Shown piece after piece: positions 9,192 through 18,981 of a DNA stretch of 47,071 nucleotides. The stretch spans positions 1 to 47,071 of the IMG/VR virus record IMGVR_UViG_3300009788_000146. One strand, written 5' to 3'. The position numbers were made by a program, and so were the translations under genes. Every line of letters starts with the position of its first letter. The stretch's first letter is position 1. The stretch is from a virus. Its lineage: Duplodnaviria; Caudoviricetes. The notes below the pieces were generated by a model. It was not told where the DNA came from. It did no database searches and was given only the letters and a program-made list of their open reading frames with translations.

Positions 9192-9216
9192 ACTTTTGTA
9201 ACAAAGGAGTTACATA

Positions 9217-10536
9217 ATGGATACTGGATTTTTTGGACAGCGGGGAACCGCTGATTGGAGTGATTCTGATTTCCGTCCTAAAGATTGGCGGGAAACAGTT
9301 CTCTTTTTGTACCCTAATGGGGACGCACCTCTTACTGCTCTGACTGCTTTGATGAAGTCTGAGCGGGCAACTGATCCTGAGTACTACTGGTTCACCAAAG
9401 GTCTGCCAACTCAGGGTGGGGATATCACTAACGTCTATACCGACGTGCTGTCGACTGCCTATACCACTGGCGGTACTGCTGGCGATACCTTGTATGTGAA
9501 GATGTCAGCTCTTCGTATTGCTGAAATTCGTGCTGGGCATCAAGTGCTGCTTCGTAATTCTTCTGATCATCTTGACGATGCTGTCGCGAAGGTTACTGCC
9601 AGGACTGTTAATGGCGCTAACTCTTATGCAACAGTTCTTCTGCTTGAGGATGATCCAACCACTACTGGTATCGCGAGTTGTGATACTCTCCTGATCATTG
9701 GTAACATTAATGCTGAGGGCGCGGGAATGCCAGACGCGATTCAGTACGATCCAGTGAAGTTCTACAATCTGACTCAGATTTTCCGTAACTCTTTGGACAT
9801 CACTCGTACTGCGCGACGCACCAAGCTTCGTACTTATGAGCAGTACAAAGAGGCTAAGCGTGAGGCACTGCAGCTTCATGCAATGGAGATGGAGAAAGCC
9901 TATCTTTGGGGCATTCGTACTGAGAACACTGGTTCCAACGGCAAGCCTGAGCGTACTACTAAGGGCTTGATTCCTTGGATTCGTGGGGCTGTTGCTGACG
10001 GTTCTACCGTCTCTGATTACAGTTTGGACGATGCCTATGCTACCGAAGCAGGTACCGGTGGTAAGACTTGGCTGGCTGGTGCTGGCGATTGGCTGGACGT
10101 AATCCTTGAGCATGTCTTCCGTTATGGCGGAGATGAGCGTCTGTGCTTCTGCGGCTCTGGTGTTATCTTGGCAATCAACAAGTTTGTCAAGGCTCAGAGT
10201 TCTTCGAAGTTCGAATTGAATGTTAAGACTGGTGCATACGGCATCAAAGTCACTGAGTGGGTAACTCCATTCGGCGTCGTTTACTTCAAACGTCATCCTT
10301 TGTTCTCTTATGAAGCGACTAACCGTAATACTGCGGTTATCTTCGATCCAAAAGATGTGCACTATCGGTACATCGATGATACAACCTTCTTCGGCATGAA
10401 CGAGAAGGAAGTGTCTAGTTCCGGTAATCGCATTGATGGAACCAAGGAAGAGTATCTCACTGAGTCGGGTCTCGAGTTCCATCACCCTGCTAAGTGTGCA
10501 TACCTGACTGGCTTCGGTTCTGATAACGCTGCGTAA
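9217..10536 (+). CDS. Major capsid protein (HK97 fold, SU10/DUF5309-like)
   Basis: N-x-TQIFR, EMEKAYLWG and T-x-GL motifs. Strong RBS, strong codon bias, hairpin after stop. Confidence 0.9.
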   Translation: MDTGFFGQRGTADWSDSDFRPKDWRETVLFLYPNGDAPLTALTALMKSERATDPEYYWFTKGLPTQGGDITNVYTDVLSTAYTTGGTAGDTLYVKMSALRIAEIRAGHQVLLRNSSDHLDDAVAKVTARTVNGANSYATVLLLEDDPTTTGIASCDTLLIIGNINAEGAGMPDAIQYDPVKFYNLTQIFRNSLDITRTARRTKLRTYEQYKEAKREALQLHAMEMEKAYLWGIRTENTGSNGKPERTTKGLIPWIRGAVADGSTVSDYSLDDAYATEAGTGGKTWLAGAGDWLDVILEHVFRYGGDERLCFCGSGVILAINKFVKAQSSSKFELNVKTGAYGIKVTEWVTPFGVVYFKRHPLFSYEATNRNTAVIFDPKDVHYRYIDDTTFFGMNEKEVSSSGNRIDGTKEEYLTESGLEFHHPAKCAYLTGFGSDNAA

Positions 10537-10543
10537 GGTAGCT

Positions 10544-10573
10544 GGTGGGGGAGGGCTTCGGTCTTCCCCTACC
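10544..10573 (+). terminator. GC-rich cUUCGg hairpin after MCP (terminator or mRNA stabiliser)
   Basis: GGTGGGGGAGGGC-TTCG-GTCTTCCCCTACC, with a weak U tail. Confidence 0.7.
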
Positions 10574-10592
10574 GTTAAATTTTGAACGAAGG
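10568..10592. promoter_or_regulatory. 25-bp palindromic motif, copy 5
   Basis: CCTACCGTTAAATTTTGAACGAAGG, overlapping the hairpin 3' arm and the next RBS. Confidence 0.85.
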
Positions 10593-10600
10593 AGTTCAGC

Positions 10601-10837
10601 ATGGCTATGACAGTTGAAGAAGTAAAGAAAGCTGGCATTGATTTAGAGACAGCAATCGCTAAGTTGATGCAAGAGTTTGAAACAGATACTGGTATGCGCA
10701 CAGGCTATATTGATGTCATGCGTAAGCGCGTAGAATCGCGTCATAATAACTGTAATTGTCCCGAGAGTGTTATGCCTTACGAAACACCTATGCAAGATAT
10801 CGAAACAGTTAATATTGATATCCGCTTTGAGAACTGA
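10601..10837 (+). CDS. Hypothetical protein, 78 aa
   Basis: AAGGAG RBS. Confidence 0.7.
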   Translation: MAMTVEEVKKAGIDLETAIAKLMQEFETDTGMRTGYIDVMRKRVESRHNNCNCPESVMPYETPMQDIETVNIDIRFEN

Positions 10838-10848
10838 AAGGAAGCATC

Positions 10849-11550
10849 ATGGATCTGTTAGCGATTAGAACTCAATTTGTTAAGTTAAGCGGTCGCTACG
10901 ATCTGGTAGTTGATACTGTGGACTATGTAGATAATGGCGCCGACTTCTTTATCCAAGCAGCTAGCAAGTTTCTGGATCGCCGTGCTGATACCGGCGCAGA
11001 AGTAGCTGTTGGATTCTATGATATCGCAGTAGATGATTTCTTCCTAGAACTTACTGCGTGTCGTGTAATTGAACAAGTCTGGGCAGACGATGGTATTGTC
11101 CGGGAACAACTAACTGAAGTACCCGAATCTGAAATTTTGAAAACTTTCCCAGGTCCACTGGCAGAAGCTAACTCAGGATTTCCTGCTAAATATTCTCCCG
11201 GTTTTTATCGAGTTAAAGAGGGAACAGCTACAGCAGGTTTCCTTACAGGCACACAGACTGATACTGCGAAGTTCAACGGTATTATCTTTCCGCCTACTGA
11301 CAGAATTCTGAAGATGGAAGTCAAAGGAAAGTTTTATTCAACTATATTAACTGTAGATGCTAGTGAAAACTACTGGACATTAAATCACGAAATGCTCTTA
11401 GTTTGGGCAGCTCTTTATCATCTTGAGATTTCATACAGAAACTCGGAAGGTGCTAGGGATTGGTTAGCTGCTATTGAGACTTCACTGTTTGATCTTGAAC
11501 TTGATTTAGTCGATCAAGAGGGCATTAACATTAGGCAACTGAAAGGCTGA
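10849..11550 (+). CDS. Head-tail adaptor / tail tubular protein A-like
   Basis: Position after MCP. Helical N- and C-termini with a beta-rich core and a NYW...LL motif. Confidence 0.6.
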   Translation: MDLLAIRTQFVKLSGRYDLVVDTVDYVDNGADFFIQAASKFLDRRADTGAEVAVGFYDIAVDDFFLELTACRVIEQVWADDGIVREQLTEVPESEILKTFPGPLAEANSGFPAKYSPGFYRVKEGTATAGFLTGTQTDTAKFNGIIFPPTDRILKMEVKGKFYSTILTVDASENYWTLNHEMLLVWAALYHLEISYRNSEGARDWLAAIETSLFDLELDLVDQEGINIRQLKG

Positions 11551-11934
11551 ATGATGAGCTATTATACAAAAGAACAAATTGATGAACTGCTTCTTAAAAC
11601 TAAGCAGGAAGCTGTTGAGGAAGCATTGAGGGCTCTTCCAGCGATCATCCAGAATTTGGTTGTTAGTGCATCCAGACTTCAGAAAGTCAGCACTGAATTT
11701 TATAAAGATAATAAGGATCTGGTTGAGCATAAGGACTTGGTTGGTAAGATTATTCAAGAAGTAGAGGCCGATAATCCTGGTATCTCCTTTGAGAAGATTA
11801 CCGAAGAAGCTGCTGTCGAAACCAGGAAACGTTTGTCCTTTGGGGATACACTGTCTTCTATGCCGACTCCCAAGCCTACTGAGGAGAAACTTAGGAAAGG
11901 CATGGAGAGCATAATGGAGGCTTTCGATGCGTGA
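11551..11934 (+). CDS. Hypothetical helical protein
   Basis: ORF coupled to both neighbours. Confidence 0.7.
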   Translation: MMSYYTKEQIDELLLKTKQEAVEEALRALPAIIQNLVVSASRLQKVSTEFYKDNKDLVEHKDLVGKIIQEVEADNPGISFEKITEEAAVETRKRLSFGDTLSSMPTPKPTEEKLRKGMESIMEAFDA

Positions 11935-12403
11935 GTATGAGGGCTTAATCAATGATGCTCTTGCTAACGGTCTACGAAAGACTGTGAAGAATAAGAGGAA
12001 TGAGCAAGCCTTGATTAAAGCAGATGGAATGATTCCGGAGGATGGCACTCTTAGGGCAGTAGATGCGCTTAGCCTCCTTACGGATATTACCACGCTTGGG
12101 GAAGCTTTTCCTTATCCACAAGTCTTTGTTGGAGAAGATCATACCATCGTAGCTGGGGCTACCAAGATTTGGGAATACACTTCAGGTACATACGAGTTGG
12201 TACTCTCAGGCCTTACAGAAGGCGTCTTATGGTCGCTGGCAGATTTCCATGACTACTTGGTAATGGCCAACGGGCAGCAAATAATCCGTCGGAATACAAC
12301 CTCGCATACATGGGAAGTTGTTACCGATGAGACTATGCCGATCAGCAATTGTGTCGCAGGAATTAACGGGCAGCTGTTTGTAGGTAGCCCTGAAGATTAT
12401 TAA
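11927..12403 (+). CDS. Tail protein, possibly N-terminal part of a nozzle/stabilisation beta-propeller
   Basis: Short beta-strand repeats ending ...GQLFVG. Confidence 0.5.
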   Translation: MREYEGLINDALANGLRKTVKNKRNEQALIKADGMIPEDGTLRAVDALSLLTDITTLGEAFPYPQVFVGEDHTIVAGATKIWEYTSGTYELVLSGLTEGVLWSLADFHDYLVMANGQQIIRRNTTSHTWEVVTDETMPISNCVAGINGQLFVGSPEDY

Positions 12404-12415
12404 AAGGAGCGCAAC

Positions 12416-13255
12416 ATGGAACTTTTTACAGCTGTAAATATTCCAGATCTGCAAGAAGGGCTAACTGTCACTGTGTACGATGAGCAGGCTAGCGGGCATA
12501 CTTATGTAGATGGAGATAAAGCAACTATTTTTGAGCACGATGGGACTAGTCTTATAAATCCTTTTGAAGTAGATGCTAATGGTCGTATGGAGTTCGGGGC
12601 TGCAGGAGGCCTCTACGATATTAAACTTGGAGGTGACGTTTCTGCCCCTGATAATACTTGGAATAGTGGCACAGCTATGTGGCTTTATAAAGTTGCTTTG
12701 CAAGCTGTGGCTGCTGCGGGAGGCGATAGTCGCGTACAGGCAGGGCATAATGATTTTGATTACGGAGGGTCGGGATCCTCTTCGGCCTACGCGGCGAAAG
12801 GGAACATGTTCCTATGTCGTGAGAATGTTACTTTGTATGGCGTTTGTGGCGTTATCGCTCCAGCTGTTGCAGGGGCTACTTATCAAGCTTTTTTAGTAAC
12901 GCGTGATGGAGGGGATGCTATTGATTCTATTGTAGCTACTTTACCTATTACAATAGACGCGGGGCAAACTTTGGTAACTCGGTTAGAAGTGTGGGTTCAC
13001 TTCAGTGCTGCCCAAGCGTTATCAGCAGGTAGCGAATACGGAATCTTGTTTAGCCGGACAGATGGGGCTGATAACTATGGTTTGCCTGTGATGTTTCCAG
13101 GACCTACTGTGTACTCCTTTCCTTGGAACTCTGATATACGATCTGCTACAGGTATGGGTTTTAGGATCGCTAAAGCAGTCCCTGCTCTTACGGATACTTT
13201 GGATATGTCTCCCACAGGTTGCGCAAGTTTAAAGTATGCTTTTGCGCACGGTTAG
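12416..13255 (+). CDS. Tail fibre/spike-like protein
   Basis: N-terminal NPF-x-x-DANG...F...G-x-YDI virion-attachment-like segment plus a C-terminal beta-sandwich. Confidence 0.6.
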   Translation: MELFTAVNIPDLQEGLTVTVYDEQASGHTYVDGDKATIFEHDGTSLINPFEVDANGRMEFGAAGGLYDIKLGGDVSAPDNTWNSGTAMWLYKVALQAVAAAGGDSRVQAGHNDFDYGGSGSSSAYAAKGNMFLCRENVTLYGVCGVIAPAVAGATYQAFLVTRDGGDAIDSIVATLPITIDAGQTLVTRLEVWVHFSAAQALSAGSEYGILFSRTDGADNYGLPVMFPGPTVYSFPWNSDIRSATGMGFRIAKAVPALTDTLDMSPTGCASLKYAFAHG

Positions 13256-13264
13256 GATTAGCTT

Positions 13265-14701
13265 ATGCCTGTTAAATTAATATTTATAGACTCTGTACCT
13301 GTAGAGGAAGAAGTCCCTGTAGTTAAGCAGATTAGCTGGGCTACTCCTGAGATTGGTCCTTGGGACTTTATTGAGCAAGGCAATAAGTGGGGCTACTTGA
13401 ATAATCCTCGTTGGATGCAGGAAGCAGGAGACCCTGTTAACTTCACAGGTAGGGAAGATGACGAACCTCAAGTCTGGCCCATGAAAGCGAATGTTTATTC
13501 TAAGGAAAATATCAAGCGGCATATGCCTTGTGGCCACTGGCATAAAGGGCGTAGTGGTTTTGAGGATCTCATACATATATACGGGACTTATGACGGTAAC
13601 GTAGTGGAAGATTTTGTGGTTGCGGCTAGTTTTAATATCCTAACTGAGACTCTTACTTATGAGGGCTATCACCAAACCAGTGAAGGTAAGCATTTACAAG
13701 CTATAGATTTATATGACCAGTCCGATGCTGTGGTTGTTATAGAGGATATAGAAGCAGATGCAAAATTATTATTAGTAAGCCAAAAGGCAGTCAACGGGAT
13801 TCTTCCGGTTGTAGGTAGGGAAGAACCTTTTAGTCAGTTTGATGTACTAGAGGGTAATGGGGGAACTATAGTTCACACAGCACTTAATTACTATGTGGTT
13901 AATAAAAGTCATAGATTGCTGAAACTCGGAAGTGACCTAAGTCCACAACTATCAGGTTACACAGGAATGGTTGTAGATTTTGAAGGCACTTTATATGTGT
14001 TAACGTATATTCCCATAATAGGTAATCCTTTTAACTTCCCCCCGAACGGAGAGAGCAATACTTACTGGACATACATTCCAGATCAGGCAACAGATTCTAA
14101 GATTTACGCATGGCCGCAGCTATTCGGATTTGCTGCGAGGGGTGAAGTCAGAATGTTCGTCGCACGTGGAGAACTTAATGTGAGTGAGAACGCTTCTCCC
14201 TTTGATGAAAATAAGGTTTTTGATTCGGATCTAGGTGTAGTATTACGTGATGGCTATAGAAACGGTAATAATGGACCGACGTTAGTTGTTGCCAATCCTT
14301 ACGCCTACAATGTAGATAGAGGTATAACAAGTTGGGGTTTTTACCAGATGAACTACGAGGACTGGGAGCCCACTGGGGAAGCTTTCTCTGGCGAGGGATT
14401 TCCGATAAATTCTGGCTACGCAATGATATACTATGGGTTCTATATACAGACTCATGCAGCAGGGATGTACACTGCGGCTGTGCACAGCTTTCTAAGTCTC
14501 GCAGATAATTATAGCGGGCCAGATGTTAGACATGCTATCATTCCTTTGAATAAGAGATACTTTGCGGTCTCAGGTACAAATGATATTTACGTATATTACT
14601 TAAACCTTGACGGTACAATACGCTTTGTCGATAGTATAGAATTAAGTAGTTTCGGACCCCCTGGCTTTGCTTGTAGAGGGCTTGTCGCAAAAATACCTTA
14701 A
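13265..14701 (+). CDS. Putative receptor-binding / tail appendage protein
   Basis: 478 aa, aromatic-rich and beta-rich, located in the tail module. Confidence 0.5.
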   Translation: MPVKLIFIDSVPVEEEVPVVKQISWATPEIGPWDFIEQGNKWGYLNNPRWMQEAGDPVNFTGREDDEPQVWPMKANVYSKENIKRHMPCGHWHKGRSGFEDLIHIYGTYDGNVVEDFVVAASFNILTETLTYEGYHQTSEGKHLQAIDLYDQSDAVVVIEDIEADAKLLLVSQKAVNGILPVVGREEPFSQFDVLEGNGGTIVHTALNYYVVNKSHRLLKLGSDLSPQLSGYTGMVVDFEGTLYVLTYIPIIGNPFNFPPNGESNTYWTYIPDQATDSKIYAWPQLFGFAARGEVRMFVARGELNVSENASPFDENKVFDSDLGVVLRDGYRNGNNGPTLVVANPYAYNVDRGITSWGFYQMNYEDWEPTGEAFSGEGFPINSGYAMIYYGFYIQTHAAGMYTAAVHSFLSLADNYSGPDVRHAIIPLNKRYFAVSGTNDIYVYYLNLDGTIRFVDSIELSSFGPPGFACRGLVAKIP

Positions 14702-14719
14702 TATAAGAGGAGTTACATT

Positions 14720-15145
14720 ATGGCCAGTTATTTAGCAAACAACTTTCTTGAGCAGATCCTGAAGGCAGAAATCGATTTCGATACAGACGTTTTCAAGATC
14801 ATTCTTATGGCATCAGGCTACAGTTTTAACAGGGTTTCTGATACGGACTATTCTGACGTTTCAGCGTCGGAGTTAACAACTCTTTATGGCTATACTGCGG
14901 GAGGTAATACTCTGGCTAATGTTGTAGTAGCTCAGGATGATACAGGAAATCTTGGTACAGTAGTATGGGACAACGCTTCATGGTCAATTTCAGGTGGCGA
15001 TATAACCGCTAGTGCTGCGATTATCTATGACGATACTCATGCTAGTAAGTTGATAGTGGGCTACATCGACTTTGGTGGCGATCAGACGTGTCTTAATGGA
15101 GGCGTTGCATCGGTCGCTAATATCAAAGTTCAGCTTGCGGGTTAA
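14720..15145 (+). CDS. Small tail structural protein
   Basis: ID-x-DTD-x-FK...EL...GYTAGG...AIIYDDT...YIDFGGD pattern, common in tail modules. Confidence 0.7.
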   Translation: MASYLANNFLEQILKAEIDFDTDVFKIILMASGYSFNRVSDTDYSDVSASELTTLYGYTAGGNTLANVVVAQDDTGNLGTVVWDNASWSISGGDITASAAIIYDDTHASKLIVGYIDFGGDQTCLNGGVASVANIKVQLAG

Positions 15146-15148
15146 GTC

Positions 15149-16339
15149 GTGGCTATCACGATTGTAGAAGCTACTCTGAGTGCCCAGACTTCCTTTGAAG
15201 GGAGATGGGCGAGTACAGATAGTTTTGATCATAATTCTGATAACGATATAACTTTTTACTGTGACTATATTCCCATCGGAGACATTTCTGATATAGGGCT
15301 TGGTATACTACAGGCAGTCTCCACAATTTCGGGAATAGTTAGTTTTGGCTCCTTTAGTGTCGGGGATACCTTAAGCGCTACATGCAGTATCGAGGGTGAT
15401 TACAGACCGGGTTTCTCGTTTCCAGGATTACTAACCGCAACAGGTTCGATTGTTGGCACGTTCTATGATGACTATTCCAGGAACAATCTTGTGGGCTGGT
15501 CTAAAATAGGAGATGTAAGAATCCTCCTTGATGAAAGTAATGAGGCAGGATATAAGCACTTGGCTGGTAATAGTGCTGGCTTAATCTATAAGATCCTTTC
15601 TATGGATGATAAGAATCCTGTTGTCTATGGAAGTTCGGGAGTCACTCTGATGATTCCAGTGGCTAGTCCGTATGCTACTTTTGGCTTTAAGAAGTTATCT
15701 GAAGTAGGTCTTCTTGGCCCAGGTTCAGCTTGTGGCGATGAGAAAGTTCACTTTTATATTAACAAGCTTAAAGAGTTCTGTATGCTGTCTCAAGGTGAAA
15801 TGCAACCGAAGGTTCTTGGATACGCAGAGTTTATTGAAGCTATCAGCCCAGGCGGTGAGTTGATTGTGATGTTCTACGATAAGCTCAATAAGAGGGTATA
15901 CATCAGTAGCTCTGTTGGAGGTCTGATCTTTACCGAGAGCGGTATGGGTGGAGGCTTTGCTAATCTCACTGCTGCTGATGGCGTTGTATTTGCCTCGCAT
16001 AGTGCGCTAGCCGCTGTTACGCAGGAAGTGGTTACGGACATCATTGATATGCAGACCAGAGGAATTAAGACCCTTCAGGAAGTACTAGTTGGGACTGACC
16101 TGACTAATGCTCTATACGTGGCAATTGATACAAGGTTTAATAAGTCAGATGCTTTTGTTACCTCGCCTTGGGTAATCACGAATAAAGAAGGTGTAGCTTT
16201 CCCAATGGTTAGCGGCATCGAATTCCGAATTCGTGTGAAGACTGCATCCTTTGAGGACTTTGAGATTGACTATATCTCAGCACGGTTTAAGTTTTCAGAT
16301 AAGCGATTCAATCGTGCAAGTCGCAAGCCTACAACTTAA
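15149..16339 (+). CDS. Tail protein, nozzle/stabilisation-like C-terminal region (GTG start)
   Basis: V-x-WSKIG, propeller-like strands and a C-terminal FRIRV...FEID beta-sandwich. Confidence 0.55.
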   Translation: MAITIVEATLSAQTSFEGRWASTDSFDHNSDNDITFYCDYIPIGDISDIGLGILQAVSTISGIVSFGSFSVGDTLSATCSIEGDYRPGFSFPGLLTATGSIVGTFYDDYSRNNLVGWSKIGDVRILLDESNEAGYKHLAGNSAGLIYKILSMDDKNPVVYGSSGVTLMIPVASPYATFGFKKLSEVGLLGPGSACGDEKVHFYINKLKEFCMLSQGEMQPKVLGYAEFIEAISPGGELIVMFYDKLNKRVYISSSVGGLIFTESGMGGGFANLTAADGVVFASHSALAAVTQEVVTDIIDMQTRGIKTLQEVLVGTDLTNALYVAIDTRFNKSDAFVTSPWVITNKEGVAFPMVSGIEFRIRVKTASFEDFEIDYISARFKFSDKRFNRASRKPTT

Positions 16340-16354
16340 GTACAGGAGTAACTG

Positions 16355-16801
16355 ATGACGATACAATTGCAACCTCTACAGATCACAGCAATGTGGGACA
16401 CCATTAAGTTTGTGGCTATAGAGGCTAACGGGGTCAACGTGACGACTGCTGCAGCTTTTATCAGCAGCCTTCTTAGTAACCTATTATCGGGTAAAGCTCA
16501 GGTATGGGTTACGATGACAGAAGCAGACGCAGAAGGTAATAGGGAGATGGTCGCTATGACCATTACCTATCTGCAGGAAGAACTACTTTGGAACTTTAAT
16601 TATTTAGTATTGCATTCAGTTTACGGTTTTAAGCCTATGACTCTGGAGATTATTAACGGAGCTGTGGAAATATTCACTAAGTATGCTAAAACTTGCGGAT
16701 GCCAAAAAGTTGTGGTTATGACTATTAATGAGCGGGTAGCTAAGTTATTTACTAAGGTAGGCTTTGACAGCGAAATTTATGTACACTCGAAAGACATTTA
16801 A
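16355..16801 (+). CDS. GNAT-like protein preceding ejection proteins
   Basis: Size, position and the AK-x-x-GC...GF C-terminal pattern. Confidence 0.5.
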   Translation: MTIQLQPLQITAMWDTIKFVAIEANGVNVTTAAAFISSLLSNLLSGKAQVWVTMTEADAEGNREMVAMTITYLQEELLWNFNYLVLHSVYGFKPMTLEIINGAVEIFTKYAKTCGCQKVVVMTINERVAKLFTKVGFDSEIYVHSKDI

Positions 16802-16812
16802 GGGAGTCTCTT

Positions 16813-17706
16813 ATGGGCGGCGGCGGTAAAGGTGGAGGAGGTGGCGGAGATACTAGATCAGAAGTCCGCTTTGCTCCTTATCTAGAAGATATTCATAAGT
16901 CCTTTCTGACAGGAGCGGGCGCGTGGGACTATAATCTCAAGGCTGCATTTGCTACAGCTTGGGGCGCTAATCCTTATGCAGATCGCGAGGATATTAATAT
17001 TGAAGACGGGCTACTCGGTCTGGATTACGTTGTGTCAGATTTCCCCAGTCTCTTTGACATGTTCGGAAAGTTTATGGCAGGGCTGGACATCGAAGTTTTA
17101 TGGACACAGGCTTACGAGCAAGTGTTCAACGGTACTGAGATGGACGATTTGGTAGCGTCGTTTAACCAGAGTACACAAGATAGCATGAATCAAAAATCCC
17201 TTCCAATGCTTAATGCTGGGATGCGGGATATAGGTTCTGTTAACTCAAGTGCTTACGTTGTAGGCAAGGCGTTACTAGAAGCTAACCGGCTGAAGGAAGT
17301 TACCAAGTTCACGGCTCAGATTAAGTATCACGGTTTACAGATTACACAGGAAAGGTGGACTAAGCACCTGGATTGGAACCAGACGGTTATAGGTTCTTAT
17401 GCAGAACTTCAGAAATTGTACTATGCTGGCAAGCAAGATTTAGATAAGCTGAATTACACTACTGCGGAAGCAAGCACTTTGTGGGAGTTGAACTTGTTTG
17501 AGTACTCCAGAGCCTTGATGGGTGCTTTGGGAGGGGGGTCAGCAACGGCTAAAGGTAATGATCCTTCGAAACTTCAATCAGCTATCGGTGGCGGCTTAAG
17601 TGGGGCAGCTACTGGGGCTATGGTAGGTTCGATGGTACCTGGAATAGGCACAGCAATTGGAGCAGGTGTTGGCGGGATGCTTGGCATAGCATCTAGTTTC
17701 TTCTAA
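16813..17706 (+). CDS. Internal virion / DNA ejection protein A
   Basis: Gly-rich N-terminus and C-terminal glycine-zipper membrane segment. Confidence 0.65.
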   Translation: MGGGGKGGGGGGDTRSEVRFAPYLEDIHKSFLTGAGAWDYNLKAAFATAWGANPYADREDINIEDGLLGLDYVVSDFPSLFDMFGKFMAGLDIEVLWTQAYEQVFNGTEMDDLVASFNQSTQDSMNQKSLPMLNAGMRDIGSVNSSAYVVGKALLEANRLKEVTKFTAQIKYHGLQITQERWTKHLDWNQTVIGSYAELQKLYYAGKQDLDKLNYTTAEASTLWELNLFEYSRALMGALGGGSATAKGNDPSKLQSAIGGGLSGAATGAMVGSMVPGIGTAIGAGVGGMLGIASSFF

Positions 17707-17728
17707 ATAGGAAAGGAAAATAATCGTC

Positions 17729-18979
17729 ATGGCAGGATTCTTGGATTTTTTACAACAGAAGCCTGAGCAGTTTGCAATTATCGCAGATATGCTAGGTAAG
17801 GGCTTTGCACCAGATAACCCTTTCGCAGGAATAGGTACCGCTGTAGGTCAGTCTAGCTTGGCTGCTCAGGCTAAGCAACAGCAGCAAGCACAATTGGCGC
17901 AACTATTAGGTGGAGGACAGCCTCAAGCTCCTGTAGGCCAAGCTCAACCTCAGAATCTCTTAGGGGGACTTGATCTAGGCACTCTTACAGACGCAACCCA
18001 ACCAGGTCCTACATCATTAACTATCAAGGCCCAACCTGACGGTAGCCAAGTATCTACTACGACTGGAACGGTAACAGCTCCCGCAGCAGTAGGTGCGCCA
18101 GTTGCAGGCCAACCACAGGGGGTAAACCTGACAGATCTTCTCCCTTTTTCTGATGCTCTGGCAGGTGGACAAGTTGACCTGACAGGGCTTACTCCTGCAA
18201 TGATTTCGCAGATAGCTGGCGACGACTTTAAAGTAGCTCAGCTGAAACGCCTAGTAGCCGGTGACATTGCTGGTAGTGCATTAGCTCAGCAGAAACAGAA
18301 GACGGCGCAGCAGAAACTAGCTATGACTGCAAAGCTTAATGACTCACTAATTAAGCATCGCGGCTTGTTAGATCAGAAAGTCGAGCAAGAACTCACTCTG
18401 AATGCAGCCAAAGCTCCTGCTGAAATAGCTCAAGCAAAAGCTACTCTTAAGAAAACTGAGGCTGATATCTTAACATCGGCTGAAGCACTTGAGAAATCTG
18501 AGTTGGCTAATAAAGCTGAGCAACGTCGGCAGGAATTGACAGCAGCCCTTGGCGGTGATGTAGATGTTGAGGACTTGAGCTTGCAGCAGCAGGTAGAAAT
18601 TCTTGGGGCAACTGAAGCTCAACGCTTAGCTGTGTCGCGTACTACCTTAGAACAAAAGCGGAGTCTTGCGGATCGTGCAGCGGAGACTAAGGATGTTACC
18701 GCAGCTTACAAAGCACTCGCTAAGATTGATGATGACGATGCTACGGTGGAATCGAATATCGCAGCACTGTCGGAGTGGAATGCTAAGTCTCCAGACACAG
18801 CGAATATTGGATACTATTACAGTTCTGAGGATCCTTGGGGCTTCGAAGGTCCGGGAGTTAAAACTGTGGAACTGCCAAAGGGTATGTCTATGGGTTGGCT
18901 TCGTACACAAGCCGAGACTCAAGGTGTAGCAATTGAAGACATCCTTAAACAATTAGACGATGAGTTAAGAGGAGAGTAA
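17729..18979 (+). CDS. Internal virion / DNA ejection protein B
   Basis: A/Q-rich coiled-coil protein between ejection genes. Confidence 0.6.
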   Translation: MAGFLDFLQQKPEQFAIIADMLGKGFAPDNPFAGIGTAVGQSSLAAQAKQQQQAQLAQLLGGGQPQAPVGQAQPQNLLGGLDLGTLTDATQPGPTSLTIKAQPDGSQVSTTTGTVTAPAAVGAPVAGQPQGVNLTDLLPFSDALAGGQVDLTGLTPAMISQIAGDDFKVAQLKRLVAGDIAGSALAQQKQKTAQQKLAMTAKLNDSLIKHRGLLDQKVEQELTLNAAKAPAEIAQAKATLKKTEADILTSAEALEKSELANKAEQRRQELTAALGGDVDVEDLSLQQQVEILGATEAQRLAVSRTTLEQKRSLADRAAETKDVTAAYKALAKIDDDDATVESNIAALSEWNAKSPDTANIGYYYSSEDPWGFEGPGVKTVELPKGMSMGWLRTQAETQGVAIEDILKQLDDELRGE

Positions 18980-18981
18980 TC

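Noticed and set aside
9505-10701. 398-aa antisense ORF over the major capsid gene
   Set aside because: Shadow of the strongly biased MCP codon usage. No SD or recognisable motifs, and it crosses an intergenic hairpin.
12416-14701. Diversity-generating retroelement target
   Set aside because: No reverse transcriptase and no template/variable repeat pair seen.
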